From positions 6,208,001-6,272,000 of the forward strand of contig CBDDPY010000002.1 of assembly GCA_965232515.1 (NCBI GenBank): DNA of 64,000 bases, read 5' to 3'. The translations under genes and the position numbers were made by a program. This DNA is from Alphaproteobacteria bacterium. GTDB lineage: Bacteria; Pseudomonadota; Alphaproteobacteria; GCA-2731375. The notes beneath the pieces were generated by a model. That model ran no database searches. It was not told the origin of the DNA and saw only the letters and a program-made list of their open reading frames with translations. The number at the start of each line of letters is the position of its first letter. Position 1 is the stretch's first letter. Shown in pieces: positions 1 through 10,529 of the stretch.

Positions 1-124
1 GGCGATCGGTGAAGGTGAATCCGCAGGGTTCGATGACGTCGAGCCCAACGCCGAGGCAGGCGGCGAGCCGGATCATGGCGCCGGCGTTCTGGGGGATATC
101 CGGTTGGTAAAGCGCCAGTCGCAA
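1..124 (-). CDS. trmL: tRNA (cytidine/uridine-34 2'-O)-methyltransferase TrmL, N-terminal part (runs off the window)
   Basis: Manual translation from TTG at 124 gives MRLALYQPDIPQNAGAMIRLAACLGVGLDVIEPCGF, which has the SpoU/TrmL motif PxIPxNxG...IEPxGF. AAGGA lies upstream. Not in the ORF track. Confidence 0.85.
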   Translation of the reverse strand, partial: MRLALYQPDIPQNAGAMIRLAACLGVGLDVIEPCGFTFTDR

Positions 125-155
125 TGTCCGCCGTCCTTTTCCCGCACGCCCGCGG

Positions 156-172
156 TGCGTCACGCTGTCGCA
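156..172. promoter_or_regulatory. Putative RegA/RegR/PrrA box upstream of petABC
   Basis: TGCGTC-ACGCT-GTCGCA matches GCGNC-N5-GTCGC. RegA control of petABC is known in Rhodobacter. Confidence 0.5.
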
Positions 173-263
173 TCGCCCGCCGGCTGGACAAAGCCACATC
201 ATCGTGACAAAAGACAGCGGTTAAGCGCCAGGGAAGTTTTCGTAAACAAGAGGTTAATACGGC

Positions 264-782
264 ATGGCGGACACGACCCATGGGGGACAGACGCGGCGGG
301 ATTTTCTCTACATCGCCGCCGGGGGGATGGGAGCGGTAGGCGTCGGTGCGATGGTCTGGCCGTTCATCAGCCAGATGAACCCCTCGAAGGATGTTCTCGC
401 ACTGTCGTCCATTGAGGTCGACCTTTCGACGATCGAGCTCGGCCAGTCGGTCAAGGTGTTCTGGCGCGGCAAGCCCGTGTTCATCCGCCATCGCACGGAG
501 GCTGAAATCTCCGAGGCGGAGGGCGTATCCATGGACGATCTGCCCGATCCGCAATCCGATTCGGACCGTGTGCAGCGGCCGGAATGGCTGATTCTGGTCG
601 GTGTCTGCACGCATCTCGGCTGCATCCCGATCGGCGAACAGGGCGACTACGACGGCTGGTTCTGCCCGTGCCACGGCTCGCACTACGATATCTCGGGCCG
701 CATCCGCCGCGGTCCGGCGCCGCTGAACCTGGAAGTGCCGGAATACGTGTTCCTGGACGACAACCGCGTGCGGATCGGCTAG
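264..782 (+). CDS. petA: Ubiquinol-cytochrome c reductase Rieske iron-sulfur subunit
   Basis: Tat motif RRDFL; CTHLGC and CPCHGS Rieske boxes. Confidence 0.98.
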   Translation: MADTTHGGQTRRDFLYIAAGGMGAVGVGAMVWPFISQMNPSKDVLALSSIEVDLSTIELGQSVKVFWRGKPVFIRHRTEAEISEAEGVSMDDLPDPQSDSDRVQRPEWLILVGVCTHLGCIPIGEQGDYDGWFCPCHGSHYDISGRIRRGPAPLNLEVPEYVFLDDNRVRIG

Positions 783-794
783 GGGGACGGCGAG

Positions 795-2057
795 ATGAGC
801 GAATTTCAGACGAACAGCCGGATCATCAAGTGGATCGAGTACCGGCTGCCGATCTTCAGCTACGTCAACGAGCATCTGGTCGACTATCCGGCGCCGAAGA
901 ACCTGAACTATGCCTATAACTTCGGCTCGCTGGCCGGCGTCATGCTGGTCGTGCAGATCGTCACCGGCATCGTGCTGGCGATGCACTATACGCCGCATGT
1001 CGATTACGCCTTCGACAGTGTCGAGCACATCATGCGCGACGTGAATTACGGCTGGCTGATGCGTTACATGCACGCCAACGGCGCGTCCATGTTCTTCATC
1101 GTCGTCTATATCCACATCTTCCGCGGCCTCTATTACGGCTCCTACAAGAGCCCGCGCGAGGTGCTCTGGTTCCTCGGCATCATCATCCTGCTGCTGATGA
1201 TGGCGACGGCGTTCATGGGCTATGTGCTGCCCTGGGGTCAGATGAGCTTCTGGGGCGCGACCGTGATCACCAACCTGTTCTCGGCCATACCGCTGGTCGG
1301 CGACGGGATCGTCACCTGGCTCTGGGGCGGCTTCGCGGTCGACAACCCGACGCTGAACCGGTTCTACAGCCTGCACTATCTGCTGCCGTTCGTGCTGGTC
1401 GGCATCGTCTTCCTGCACCTCTGGGCGCTGCATCACCGCAAGTCGAACAATCCGCTCGGCATCGACATCAAGGGGCCGCAGGACACCATTCCGTTCCATC
1501 CCTATTACACGGTGAAGGATGCGCTCGGCATGGCCGTCTTCGGCGTGTTCTTCGCGGTGTTCCTGTTCTTCATGCCGAACGCGCTCGGCGAGCCGGACAA
1601 CTACATCAAGGCCGACCCGCTGGTGACGCCGGCGCACATCGTGCCGGAATGGTACTTCCTGCCGTTCTACGCGATCCTGCGCGCGATCCCGGACAAGTTG
1701 GGCGGCGTGGTCGCCATGTTCGCGGCGATCTTCGTGCTGTTCGTGCTGCCCTGGCTCGACACCAGCCGGGTCCGCTCGGCGACCTTCCGGCCGATCTACA
1801 AGCAGATGTTCTGGCTGTTCGTCATCGTCTGCCTAGTGTTGGGTTGGTGCGGCGCCAAGCCGGCCGAAGGCATCTACCTCACCGTCAGCCGGGTCGCGAC
1901 GTTCCTCTACTTCGCCTTCTTCGGCCTGCTGCCGTTCATCGGCTGGTTCGAGCGGCCGCGTCCGCTGCCTGAGAGTATCAATGCCGCCGTCCTGAAGGGC
2001 GGTGGCGGCGCCGCCATGCCGGAAGGCGCGGCGGCGAAAGCGGAGGAGCGCGGCTGA
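795..2057 (+). CDS. petB: Cytochrome b
   Basis: [20 protein letters not shown] and PEWY motifs. Confidence 0.98.
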   Translation: MSEFQTNSRIIKWIEYRLPIFSYVNEHLVDYPAPKNLNYAYNFGSLAGVMLVVQIVTGIVLAMHYTPHVDYAFDSVEHIMRDVNYGWLMRYMHANGASMFFIVVYIHIFRGLYYGSYKSPREVLWFLGIIILLLMMATAFMGYVLPWGQMSFWGATVITNLFSAIPLVGDGIVTWLWGGFAVDNPTLNRFYSLHYLLPFVLVGIVFLHLWALHHRKSNNPLGIDIKGPQDTIPFHPYYTVKDALGMAVFGVFFAVFLFFMPNALGEPDNYIKADPLVTPAHIVPEWYFLPFYAILRAIPDKLGGVVAMFAAIFVLFVLPWLDTSRVRSATFRPIYKQMFWLFVIVCLVLGWCGAKPAEGIYLTVSRVATFLYFAFFGLLPFIGWFERPRPLPESINAAVLKGGGGAAMPEGAAAKAEERG

Positions 2058-2836
2058 TGCGTGGGATCGGAAAACTTGTTGTCGCGCTTACCGTCGGTCT
2101 GGGCCTCGGCAGCGTCGTCGCGGTCACGCAAGCGCAGGCCGCGGGCGAGGCGCGGGCGCCGCTGACCCGCGATTGGTCGCACGCCGGCCCGTTCGGGACT
2201 TTCGACCGGGCCTCGATCCAGCGTGGCATGATGGTCTATCGCGAAGTCTGTGCCGCCTGCCATGGCCTGGAATACGTCGCCTTCCGCAATCTGGTCGAGA
2301 TCGGCTTGTCCGAGGACGAGGCCAAGGTCATTGCCGCCGAGTACGAGATTACGGACGGGCCGGACGAGGTGGGCGACATGTTCGAACGGCCGGGCAAGCT
2401 GTCGGACTACTACCCCAGCCCGTTTCCGAATGCGAACGCGGCGCGCGCGGCGAACGGCGGTGCTCTGCCACCCGATCTGTCCCTGGTCGTGAAGGCGCGC
2501 AAGGGCGGCGAAAACTATCTCTATTCGCTGCTTGTCGGCTACGAGGATCCGCCGGCCGATGTCGAACTCGGCGACACGCAGCACTACAATCCCTACTTCG
2601 CTGGCGGTGCGATCAGCATGGCGCCGCCGCTGGCCGAGGATATCGTCGAATATCCCGACGGCACCTCGGCCACCGTCGAGCAGATGGCCTACGACGTCAC
2701 TAACTTTCTGACCTGGACGGCCGAGCCGCGGCTCGAGGACCGCAAGCAGCTTGGCGTCAAGGTGATCATCTTCCTGGTGCTGTTCTCGATCCTGATGTAT
2801 GCGGTGAAGCGCAAGGTCTGGGCCGACCTGCACTGA
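2057..2836 (+). CDS. petC: Cytochrome c1
   Basis: Signal peptide, CAACH heme motif, PPDLS, C-terminal TM anchor; TGATG overlap with petB. Confidence 0.97.
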   Translation: MRGIGKLVVALTVGLGLGSVVAVTQAQAAGEARAPLTRDWSHAGPFGTFDRASIQRGMMVYREVCAACHGLEYVAFRNLVEIGLSEDEAKVIAAEYEITDGPDEVGDMFERPGKLSDYYPSPFPNANAARAANGGALPPDLSLVVKARKGGENYLYSLLVGYEDPPADVELGDTQHYNPYFAGGAISMAPPLAEDIVEYPDGTSATVEQMAYDVTNFLTWTAEPRLEDRKQLGVKVIIFLVLFSILMYAVKRKVWADLH

Positions 2837-2860
2837 TCGCGCCGCCCACGGCACGAAAAC

Positions 2861-2887
2861 AAGGGCCGCCTTCGGGCGGCCCTTTTT
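2861..2887 (+). terminator. Rho-independent terminator after petC
   Basis: AAGGGCCGCC-TTCG-GGCGGCCCTT hairpin with a UUCG loop, followed by a T-run. Confidence 0.85.
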
Positions 2888-2954
2888 CGCGGTTGATCGG
2901 GTCTGCGATCCTTGAAAGACTGCGCCGAAATCAAGGGAGCTTCTGGGAACGTTC

Positions 2955-3842
2955 ATGACGGATATTCATCCGAAGCCGGTGCTGGGCGTGATCGGCGGCA
3001 GCGGTGTCTACGAGATCGACGGCCTGGCCGACGTGGCCTGGCGACGTATCGAGTCGCCCTGGGGCGAGCCCTCGGACGAGCTGCTGTTCGGCAGCCTCGA
3101 CGGCGTGCAGATGGTCTTCCTGCCCCGACATGGGCGCGGCCACCGGCATTCGCCGTCGAGCATCAACTACCGCGCCAATATCGACGCCATGAAGCGGGCC
3201 GGCGTGACCGACATCATCTCGGTCAGCGCCTGCGGCTCGTTCCGCGATGAGCTGGTTCCGGGCATGTTCGTGATTGTCGACCAGTTCATCGACCGGACCT
3301 TCGCGCGCGAAAAGAGCTTCTTCGGCGACGGCATGGTCGCGCATGTCTCGATGGCCCATCCGGTCAGCCGGCGGCTGGGCGACTGGTGTGCCGCGGCCTG
3401 CGAGGCCGAGGGCATCCCCTTCCACCGTGGCGGCACATATCTGGCCATGGAAGGCCCGCAATTCTCCAGCCTGGCGGAATCGAATCTCTACCGGTCCTGG
3501 GGCTGCGATGTCATCGGCATGACCAACATGCCGGAGGCGAAGCTCGCCCGCGAGGCCGAGATCAGCTATGCCACGGTCGCGATGGTCACCGACTACGACT
3601 GCTGGCACCCGGACCACGACCATGTCGAGGTCGAGGCCATCATCGGCGTGCTGATGGGCAACGCCGACAAGGCGCGGACGCTGGTCAAACGGATCGCGCC
3701 GAACATGAAGCAGCGGCCGGCGCTATGTCCGCAGGGCTGCGACCGGGCGCTGGAGAATGCGCTGATCACCGCGCCCGACGCACGCGATCCGGCGCTGCTG
3801 GCGAAACTCGACGCGGTCGCGGGCCGTGTCTTGAATGGCTGA
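2955..3842 (+). CDS. mtnP: S-methyl-5'-thioadenosine phosphorylase
   Basis: GVIGGSG, PRHGRGH, MEGPQFSSLAES, GMTNMPEAKLAREAE and TDYDCWH motifs. Confidence 0.95.
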   Translation: MTDIHPKPVLGVIGGSGVYEIDGLADVAWRRIESPWGEPSDELLFGSLDGVQMVFLPRHGRGHRHSPSSINYRANIDAMKRAGVTDIISVSACGSFRDELVPGMFVIVDQFIDRTFAREKSFFGDGMVAHVSMAHPVSRRLGDWCAAACEAEGIPFHRGGTYLAMEGPQFSSLAESNLYRSWGCDVIGMTNMPEAKLAREAEISYATVAMVTDYDCWHPDHDHVEVEAIIGVLMGNADKARTLVKRIAPNMKQRPALCPQGCDRALENALITAPDARDPALLAKLDAVAGRVLNG

Positions 3843-3848
3843 CCCGAC

Positions 3849-4376
3849 ATGGATCTGAAAAGCCTGGTTCGGACAATCCCGGACTACCCCAAGCCCGGCA
3901 TCATGTTCCGGGACATCACCACCCTGTTGCGCCATCCCGGCGGCTTCCGCCGTGCCGTCGACGAACTGGTGCAGCCCTTCGCCGGCAGCGGCATCACCAA
4001 GGTCGCCGGCATCGAGGCGCGCGGCTTCATCCTGGGCGGCGCGGTGGCGCACCAGCTTTCGGTCGGCTTCGTGCCGATCCGCAAGAAAGGCAAGCTACCC
4101 TGGCAGACCATCGGCGTTGAATACGAGCTGGAATACGGCACCGACGAGGTCGAGATCCATATCGACAGCCTGGACAAGGGCGACCGCATTTTGATCGTCG
4201 ACGATCTGATCGCGACCGGCGGCACGGCGATGGCCTCGATCGAGCTGATCCGCGAGGGCGGCGGCGAGGTGGTCGGCTGCAGCTTCGTCATCGATCTGCC
4301 CGACATCGGCGGCCGCAAGCGCCTGGAAGACATGAACGTGCCGGTGCGGACACTGATGGAATTCGAGGGCGACTGA
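3849..4376 (+). CDS. apt: Adenine phosphoribosyltransferase
   Basis: [21 protein letters not shown] and [10 protein letters not shown] (PRPP-binding) motifs. Confidence 0.96.
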   Translation: MDLKSLVRTIPDYPKPGIMFRDITTLLRHPGGFRRAVDELVQPFAGSGITKVAGIEARGFILGGAVAHQLSVGFVPIRKKGKLPWQTIGVEYELEYGTDEVEIHIDSLDKGDRILIVDDLIATGGTAMASIELIREGGGEVVGCSFVIDLPDIGGRKRLEDMNVPVRTLMEFEGD

Positions 4377-4384
4377 GGGGCGAT

Positions 4385-5242
4385 ATGGCGAACGCCATCA
4401 CCGGCATCGACCACGTCCTGATCGGGGTCGGCGATCTCGAGGCCGCGGCGGAGGCGTGGCGGCGGCTGGGCTTCACCACGGCGCCGCGCGGCGCGCATGT
4501 CGGCCGGCGCACCGGCAACTACTGCATCATGTTCCAGCGCGACTATGTTGAGCTGATCGGCATCGTCACCACGGACGCACCGCCATCGAGCCTGGAAACC
4601 CTGCTGGCCGAGCGCGGCGACGGACTGATCGGCGCGGCCATGGCGACCGAGGGCGCGCATGAGTCCTATCGGCAGATGCGCGAGGCCGGACTCGATCCGA
4701 CACCGGTGGCCGATCTGGTCCGACCGGTCGATCTGCCGGACGGTCCGAGCGAGGCGCGGTTCGCGCTCGTCGAGCTGCCGCCGGACCGGACACCGGATTT
4801 CCGGCTCTTCGTCTGCGATCACCTGACACCGGACGCGGTGCGCCAACCGGCTTGGCTGCGCCATGCCAATGGCGTGACGGGGATTCGCACCATCGCTGCC
4901 GTGGTTGCCGAGCCGGCGCGGCTGGAGCCGGCGCACGCCGCCCTGTTCGGTCCCGGCGCCACAACCATGACCGACGAGACGCTGACAGTCTTCACCGGCA
5001 GCGCCCGGCTGGTCTTCGCCAACGAGGAAGATATGTCGGCGCTCTATCCGGAGTTTGACCTGCCACTCGGCGGTCCAGTGCCGCGCGGGGCTGCCGTCAG
5101 CTTTGCGGTGGCCGATATCAACGCGACGGCAGCCTATCTCGACGGCGCCGGCGTCGCTTACGAGACCGGCCTCGACGGCGCGCTGCAGGTCGCGCCGCAA
5201 TTCGCCAACGGCACGCTGGTGGAGTTCGCGCCGGCGGATTGA
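4385..5242 (+). CDS. VOC/glyoxalase-like family protein
   Basis: GIDHVLIGVGDL...GF...H...TGN...YVEL and HANGVTGI pattern. Confidence 0.8.
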   Translation: MANAITGIDHVLIGVGDLEAAAEAWRRLGFTTAPRGAHVGRRTGNYCIMFQRDYVELIGIVTTDAPPSSLETLLAERGDGLIGAAMATEGAHESYRQMREAGLDPTPVADLVRPVDLPDGPSEARFALVELPPDRTPDFRLFVCDHLTPDAVRQPAWLRHANGVTGIRTIAAVVAEPARLEPAHAALFGPGATTMTDETLTVFTGSARLVFANEEDMSALYPEFDLPLGGPVPRGAAVSFAVADINATAAYLDGAGVAYETGLDGALQVAPQFANGTLVEFAPAD

Positions 5243-5248
5243 GCGTGG

Positions 5249-5728
5249 CTACTTTGCCGTTGCGGCATCCGCGATGCTTTTGAAGATGACGTCCAGTTCC
5301 CGCGCCATTTCGTCGAGGTCGGCGCTGTCGTAGGGGGCGAAGACGGCGCTCGGGGTGCGATAGACCAGGGTCGCCGTGCCGTCGGGGTTCTCGGTGATGT
5401 AGAAGCGCAGCGGCGCCTCGATGCCCGCCGACACGCTGGCGGCCAGCATGCGCACCGCGAAATCGTTGCGATAGACGCCGAATACGGCGTTTCCGGGGAT
5501 GGTCACGCCGCGGCGGGATGCGCCCATGCTGGCGCTGGCGCGGCCGACAAGCCCCATCTTGTTGTCCTTGATCGCCTGCTCCAACCGGTTCCACAGCGTC
5601 TGGAAGCTGTGCGGTGTGGCAATGACGTTGGTGCCGGCATGCGGGTAGTCGGCGGCCCGCGCCGGTGCGTTTGAAGCGATGATGGCGAGACCGGCCAGGA
5701 ATGCCAGAGTGGCGACGACACGGCGCAT
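5249..5728 (-). CDS. DUF302-type exported protein
   Basis: Signal peptide; AGIEAPLRFYITE...ATLVY motif. Confidence 0.7.
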   Translation of the reverse strand: MRRVVATLAFLAGLAIIASNAPARAADYPHAGTNVIATPHSFQTLWNRLEQAIKDNKMGLVGRASASMGASRRGVTIPGNAVFGVYRNDFAVRMLAASVSAGIEAPLRFYITENPDGTATLVYRTPSAVFAPYDSADLDEMARELDVIFKSIADAATAK

Positions 5729-5833
5729 GTGGCTACCTCGGATGTGATTAGCACATCGCCCGACTGTAGCGGAGACGGGCCGGCGCTTGGCCGGCCCTCA
5801 CCATCATTTGACCGCCGGTCCGGCCGGCTGACG

Positions 5834-6505
5834 TCAACTCAGATTGGCGGCGTAGAGGGCCATCGTGCGTTCGCGGGCGGTCTTGGCGGCGGCTTCGTTG
5901 TAGCTGCCGCGGTGATCGCAGTTGAAGCCGTGGTCGGCGTCATAGATGTGGACAACAGCCTCCGGATGCGCGGCCTTGATGGCGTCGACGTCGCTGAGCG
6001 GGATGCCTTTGTCATGCTCGCCGAAATGCATCAGCAGCGGGCAATTCTCCTTCTCGTCCACGTAGGGAAGGATCTGGCCGCCGTAGTAGACGACGGCCGC
6101 CTGCACGTCGAGCCGGCAGCCGGCGAGATAAGAGATCGTGCCGCCCCAGCAATAGCCCGTCGTGCCGACCTTCAGGCCTTCGGCCTTCAGCACGTCGACG
6201 GCGGCCTTGACGTCCAGCACCGTGTCGTCCCAGGAGAATTCCTCGCGCAGGTCGCGGCCGATGGCGATGTCGTCGCCCTCGTAGCCGAGCTGAACGCCCT
6301 TTTTCGACGACCGGTCGTAGAGCGCAGGCGCGATGGCGATATAGCCGTCGGCCGCGAAGCCGTCCGCGACCTCGCGGATATGCTTGTTGACGCCGAAGAT
6401 CTCCTGCAGCACGACGATGCCGCCTTTCGGCGTGCCCGCCGGATCGGCTCGGTAGGCGCCGAGCGTGTGGCCGTCATCGGCGGTTAGTGTGAGGTCCTGT
6501 CCCAT
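5834..6505 (-). CDS. Dienelactone hydrolase family protein
   Basis: QEIFGVN, GYCWGG nucleophile and HGF catalytic His. Confidence 0.92.
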   Translation of the reverse strand: MGQDLTLTADDGHTLGAYRADPAGTPKGGIVVLQEIFGVNKHIREVADGFAADGYIAIAPALYDRSSKKGVQLGYEGDDIAIGRDLREEFSWDDTVLDVKAAVDVLKAEGLKVGTTGYCWGGTISYLAGCRLDVQAAVVYYGGQILPYVDEKENCPLLMHFGEHDKGIPLSDVDAIKAAHPEAVVHIYDADHGFNCDHRGSYNEAAAKTARERTMALYAANLS

Positions 6506-6528
6506 TTTCTCCCTCCGTTTTTTCAGTT

Positions 6529-7122
6529 TCAGTTGCCGCTGTAGCTGATCCGTTCCTCAAGCAGTTGCTGCAGATCGGCCTGCTTGATGGCGAGCATCGA
6601 AATCGGGATCTGAACGGTCGGCAGCCCCTGCATCTGGCCGCGGAAATGTGCCGCGCCGCGGTTGAAGCCACCGGCGGTGAAGCGTTTCAGGCGTTGCTGA
6701 AGCTCGAGGTCGTTGTCCGTGTTGACGGCGACCAGCAACTGTTTGCGAAACGCGGTCGGCCGCGCGAAGCCCATGCCCATGACCCGGTCCCAGGGGATCA
6801 GGCCGATCGCAGGCCGGCGGCAGCGGATGCCGTCCTCACCGATGGTCAGCACCGGCTTGCGGTCGAAGCCCAGGTAGATCAGCGTCGCCGCGGTGACGAG
6901 ACCGACGAGAAACACGCCGATATCGACGCCCATGCCGTTGCTTTCCGTGATGCTGACGCCGCGACGCATCGCGTCGAGCGCGGCGAGCGAAATCAGCAGG
7001 CAGGGCAGCGCCATGCCGACATACTTGCCCTTCGAGGCCATGATCTCGATGGGCTGGACCCGGTCTCCGGGATCTGCCGGCATAGCCGGTGCGTCATCCG
7101 CCGCGCGGTCGCCGCTGCTCAT
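6529..7122 (-). CDS. Hypothetical membrane protein (two TM helices plus a PH-like soluble domain)
   Basis: Start moved to ATG 7122, which gives an ATGA overlap with the upstream MaoC gene. Two hydrophobic segments are followed by PVLTIGEDGI...IPW. Confidence 0.65.
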   Translation of the reverse strand: MSSGDRAADDAPAMPADPGDRVQPIEIMASKGKYVGMALPCLLISLAALDAMRRGVSITESNGMGVDIGVFLVGLVTAATLIYLGFDRKPVLTIGEDGIRCRRPAIGLIPWDRVMGMGFARPTAFRKQLLVAVNTDNDLELQQRLKRFTAGGFNRGAAHFRGQMQGLPTVQIPISMLAIKQADLQQLLEERISYSGN

Positions 7123-7616
7123 CCGTCGGCCGTCGTTGCCGGTCGACGGCGGTAGAAGGCGATGTTGGTGATCGTCATGACGGTCTCGCCGGCCTGGTTC
7201 AGCACCGTGTTGGCGATCTTTATGATGCCCCGGTCCGGCTTGCTTTTGGATTCGATTTTCTCGGCCACGACGGAACGCACCGACAGCACGTCGCCAGGGC
7301 GCACCGGGCGCAGCCACTTCAGGTTTTCGAAACCGGGCGAGGCCAGCACGGCCGTGCGCGGCAGGCCGTCGTCGCAGACCATGCGCATCATCATGCCGCA
7401 GGTATGCCAACCGCTGGCGATCAGGCCGCCGAACATGGTCTGCGGCGCGGCTTCTTTGTCGATGTGAAACGGTTGCGGATCGAACTGCCGGCCGAACTCG
7501 ATGACCTCTTCCTCGGTCACCGCATAGGCGCCGAATTCGCGTGTCTGGCCGATCTCGAAGTCCTCGAAATAGACCGGCTTGCCGGTGGTTGCTTTGGGCG
7601 AAGTGGCGTCGTTCAT
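7119..7616 (-). CDS. MaoC family dehydratase
   Basis: YFEDF, FDPQPFHID, GGLIASGWHT and PVRPGD motifs. Confidence 0.9.
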   Translation of the reverse strand: MNDATSPKATTGKPVYFEDFEIGQTREFGAYAVTEEEVIEFGRQFDPQPFHIDKEAAPQTMFGGLIASGWHTCGMMMRMVCDDGLPRTAVLASPGFENLKWLRPVRPGDVLSVRSVVAEKIESKSKPDRGIIKIANTVLNQAGETVMTITNIAFYRRRPATTADG

Positions 7617-8065
7617 GCCGCCGCCTCCGGCCGCCGCGCGATCATGCCCAGGCCGACGGTCGTCATCACGACCTCGCCGTTCTGGTTTATGAGATCGGTA
7701 CGACTGCGCACGAACCCCATGGGCTTACTTTTCGACGGCCAGATCTCCAGCACTTCCTGCCGGCCGGTCAGCGTATCGCCCGGGCGCACTGGGATCAGCC
7801 AGCGGCAGGATTCGACGCCGGGCGAGCCGAGGGCGGCGACGGACTCGGTCTTGAACCGCTCGACCAGCATACTGATCATCAGGGCGTTGGTATGCCAGCC
7901 GCTGGCCGCCAGACCGCCGAACGAGGTCTGTTTGGCGGCCTCCGGATCGGTGTGAAAGACCTGCGGGTCATACTTTTTGGCGAAGGCGATGATGTCGGCC
8001 TCGTTGACGTGCCGGGCCGCCAGTTCGGCGACGTCGCCGACCTTGATGTCCTCGAAATACTTCAT
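7613..8065 (-). CDS. MaoC family dehydratase (paralog)
   Basis: YFED, YDPQVFH, GGLAASGWHT and PVRPGD motifs; ATGA overlap with the next gene. Confidence 0.9.
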   Translation of the reverse strand: MKYFEDIKVGDVAELAARHVNEADIIAFAKKYDPQVFHTDPEAAKQTSFGGLAASGWHTNALMISMLVERFKTESVAALGSPGVESCRWLIPVRPGDTLTGRQEVLEIWPSKSKPMGFVRSRTDLINQNGEVVMTTVGLGMIARRPEAAA

Positions 8066-8160
8066 GATTGGTGTGCTGCGAACTGTCCCCGGTGCGATAC
8101 GGCGCGTAACATAGCTATTCTATTCGATCATGCCTACAGACAGGGAGGCCGTGCCGGCCG

Positions 8161-8535
8161 ATGCTGAAGTTGACCTTTTGCCTGCGCCGCAAGCCGGGCC
8201 TGAGCCGGGAGGAATTCCAGCGCTATTGGCGCGAGAACCATGGGCCGCTGATGCGCAAAAACATGGCCGCCATGGGGGTACGCAAGTATGTCCAGCAGCG
8301 CACGCTGGACGGCGAGGCGGCGGATTTCATCGCCAACAGCCGCGGCGGGCCGGAGCCCTATGACGGCGTCGCCGAGGTCTGGTGGGACGATCTGGCGGCC
8401 TTTCAGGCGGCGACGGGCTCGGCCGACGGTCGCGCGGCCGGCAAGGAAATGTACAAGGACGAGCTGAACTTCATCGATCTGGCGAACTCGCCCTGCTTCC
8501 TGACCGAAGAGCAGTTCGTCGCCGAGGACAACTGA
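8161..8535 (+). CDS. EthD domain protein
   Basis: LRRKPGLSREEFQRYWRENHGPL...YDGVAEVWW...DELNFID. Confidence 0.85.
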   Translation: MLKLTFCLRRKPGLSREEFQRYWRENHGPLMRKNMAAMGVRKYVQQRTLDGEAADFIANSRGGPEPYDGVAEVWWDDLAAFQAATGSADGRAAGKEMYKDELNFIDLANSPCFLTEEQFVAEDN

Positions 8536-8545
8536 GGCCGCGGGA

Positions 8546-9274
8546 ATGGCGGCGAGCCTCGACTTCAGCGGCCGGACGGTGCTGGTGACCGGCGGCTCCA
8601 GCGGTATCGGCAATGGCATTGCCCGTGCATTCCGCGATGCCGGCGCCAACGTGACCGTTACCGGCACCCGCGCGCAATCGGCGTACCAGGCCGATCTTTC
8701 CGGCATGGCGTACCGTCAGCTCGACGTCGCCGACGATACGGCCGTCGAGGCGCTGGAAGCCGACGTGCCGGCGCTGGACGTCCTGGTGAACAATGCCGGC
8801 ACGGTTGTCTACCGCGGCCGCGAGTTCGAGCCCGAAACCTTTCGCAAGGTGCTGGACGTGAACCTGACCGGCGCGTTGCATCTGGCGAACCGGTTCCACG
8901 ACAAGCTGCGCTACAGCCATGGCTCCGTCGTCAATATCGCGTCGCTGACCAGCTTCTTCGGCTCGCGCGGCAATCCGGCTTATGGCGCCAGTAAAGCCGC
9001 GATCGTGCAGCTTACCAAGTCGCTGGCCGTGGCTTGGGCGCCGGACGGCATCCGGGTCAACGCCATCGCGCCGGGCTGGGTCGAGACCAGCATGACGCAG
9101 CGGATTAAGGAGAACGCGTCCCTCGACGCGGCGATCCTGGCCCGCTCGCCCATGGGCCGCTGGGGCACGCCCGAGGATATCGCCGGTGTCGCCCTGTTCC
9201 TGGCCTCCGAGCTCGCCGGCTTCGTCACCGGCGAGACTATCGTTGCCGACGGCGGCTATTCCGTCAGCGTTTGA
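8546..9274 (+). CDS. SDR family oxidoreductase
   Basis: TGGSSGIG, NNAG, YGASK and VDGG-like motifs. Confidence 0.9.
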   Translation: MAASLDFSGRTVLVTGGSSGIGNGIARAFRDAGANVTVTGTRAQSAYQADLSGMAYRQLDVADDTAVEALEADVPALDVLVNNAGTVVYRGREFEPETFRKVLDVNLTGALHLANRFHDKLRYSHGSVVNIASLTSFFGSRGNPAYGASKAAIVQLTKSLAVAWAPDGIRVNAIAPGWVETSMTQRIKENASLDAAILARSPMGRWGTPEDIAGVALFLASELAGFVTGETIVADGGYSVSV

Positions 9275-9291
9275 GGGACGGTTGTAGACCG

Positions 9292-10392
9292 CTAGACGTT
9301 AAAACGGAACAGGATGACGTCGCCGTCCTTGACGACGTAGTCCTTGCCTTCCTGCCGCATCTTGCCGGCATCCTTGGCGCCCTGCTCGCCGCCGGTCGAG
9401 ACGTAGTCGTCGTGGGCGATGGTCTCGGCGCAGATGAAGCCGCGCTGGAAATCGGTGTGGATGCGGCCGGCGGCCTGCGGCGCGGTGGCGCCCTCGGGCA
9501 CCGTCCAGGCGCGGGCTTCCTTCGGCCCGGCGGTGAAGAAGGTGATCAGGTTCAAGAGCGCATAGCCGGCCCGGATCAGCCGGTCGAGGCCGGTTTCTTC
9601 CAGGCCCAGCTCCGCGAGAAAAGCCTGCTTCTCTTCCAGATCGTCGAGCTGGGCGACCTCGGCCTCGATCTTGGCCGAGACGACGATCGCGCCGGCGCCC
9701 TGCCGGGCCGCCATCTCGGCGACTTCGGCCGACAGCGCGTTGCCCTCGGCGGCCGACGCTTCGTCGACGTTGCAGACATAGAGCACCGGCTTGGCGGTCA
9801 GGAGTTGCAGTTGTTTGAAGACAGATGCCAGCTCGGCCGCGACCGGCACGGTACGGGCCGGCTTGCCCTCGCGCAGGGCCGCCAGCACGGCTTCGACCAG
9901 TACCAGCTGTTGCCTGGCGTCCTTGTCATTGCCGCGAATGCGCTTGTTCAGCGGCTCGATGCGCCTTTCCAGGCTTTCGAGATCGGCCAGCATCAACTCG
10001 GTCTCGATGGTCTCGGCGTCGGCCAGCGGATCGACCCGGCCATCGACATGGGTGACGTTCTCGTCCTCGAAGCAACGCAGCACCTGGACGATGGCGTCGA
10101 CCTCGCGGATGTGGGCCAGAAACTGGTTGCCCAGGCCTTCACCCTGGCTGGCGCCCCGAACCAGCCCGGCGATATCGACGAAGTCCATGGTGGTGGGCAC
10201 CACCTTGGCGGATTTGGCGAGTTCCGCCAGCCGGTCCAGTCGCGGATCCGGGATTGCCACTTGGCCGACATTCGGCTCGATGGTGCAGAACGGATAGTTC
10301 TCGGCCGCGGCCGAGGCGGTGCTTGTCAGGGCATTGAACAGGGTCGACTTGCCGACATTCGGCAGGCCGACGATGCCGCATTTGAAACCCAT
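9292..10392 (-). CDS. ychF: Redox-regulated ATPase YchF
   Basis: Starts MGFKCGIVGLPNVGKST at ATG 10392; NYPFCTIEPN, DIAGLV and a C-terminal FRFNV. Confidence 0.97.
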   Translation of the reverse strand: MGFKCGIVGLPNVGKSTLFNALTSTASAAAENYPFCTIEPNVGQVAIPDPRLDRLAELAKSAKVVPTTMDFVDIAGLVRGASQGEGLGNQFLAHIREVDAIVQVLRCFEDENVTHVDGRVDPLADAETIETELMLADLESLERRIEPLNKRIRGNDKDARQQLVLVEAVLAALREGKPARTVPVAAELASVFKQLQLLTAKPVLYVCNVDEASAAEGNALSAEVAEMAARQGAGAIVVSAKIEAEVAQLDDLEEKQAFLAELGLEETGLDRLIRAGYALLNLITFFTAGPKEARAWTVPEGATAPQAAGRIHTDFQRGFICAETIAHDDYVSTGGEQGAKDAGKMRQEGKDYVVKDGDVILFRFNV

Positions 10393-10529
10393 GGGCGGCG
10401 AACTCCGGATCAGGCGGATAGCTACGGGCGGGCTTGGTAGCGCCAAGCGCCGGCTTTGTCCAGCCCATCAGCATTGACGGGCTGGTAACCACTTTCGCCG
10501 ATCATGCCGGCCCGCGTCCGGAGACCGTC

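Noticed and set aside
795-2836. petB-petC fusion as in Bradyrhizobium fbcH
   Set aside because: They are separate frames with a TGATG overlap, and petC has its own signal peptide.
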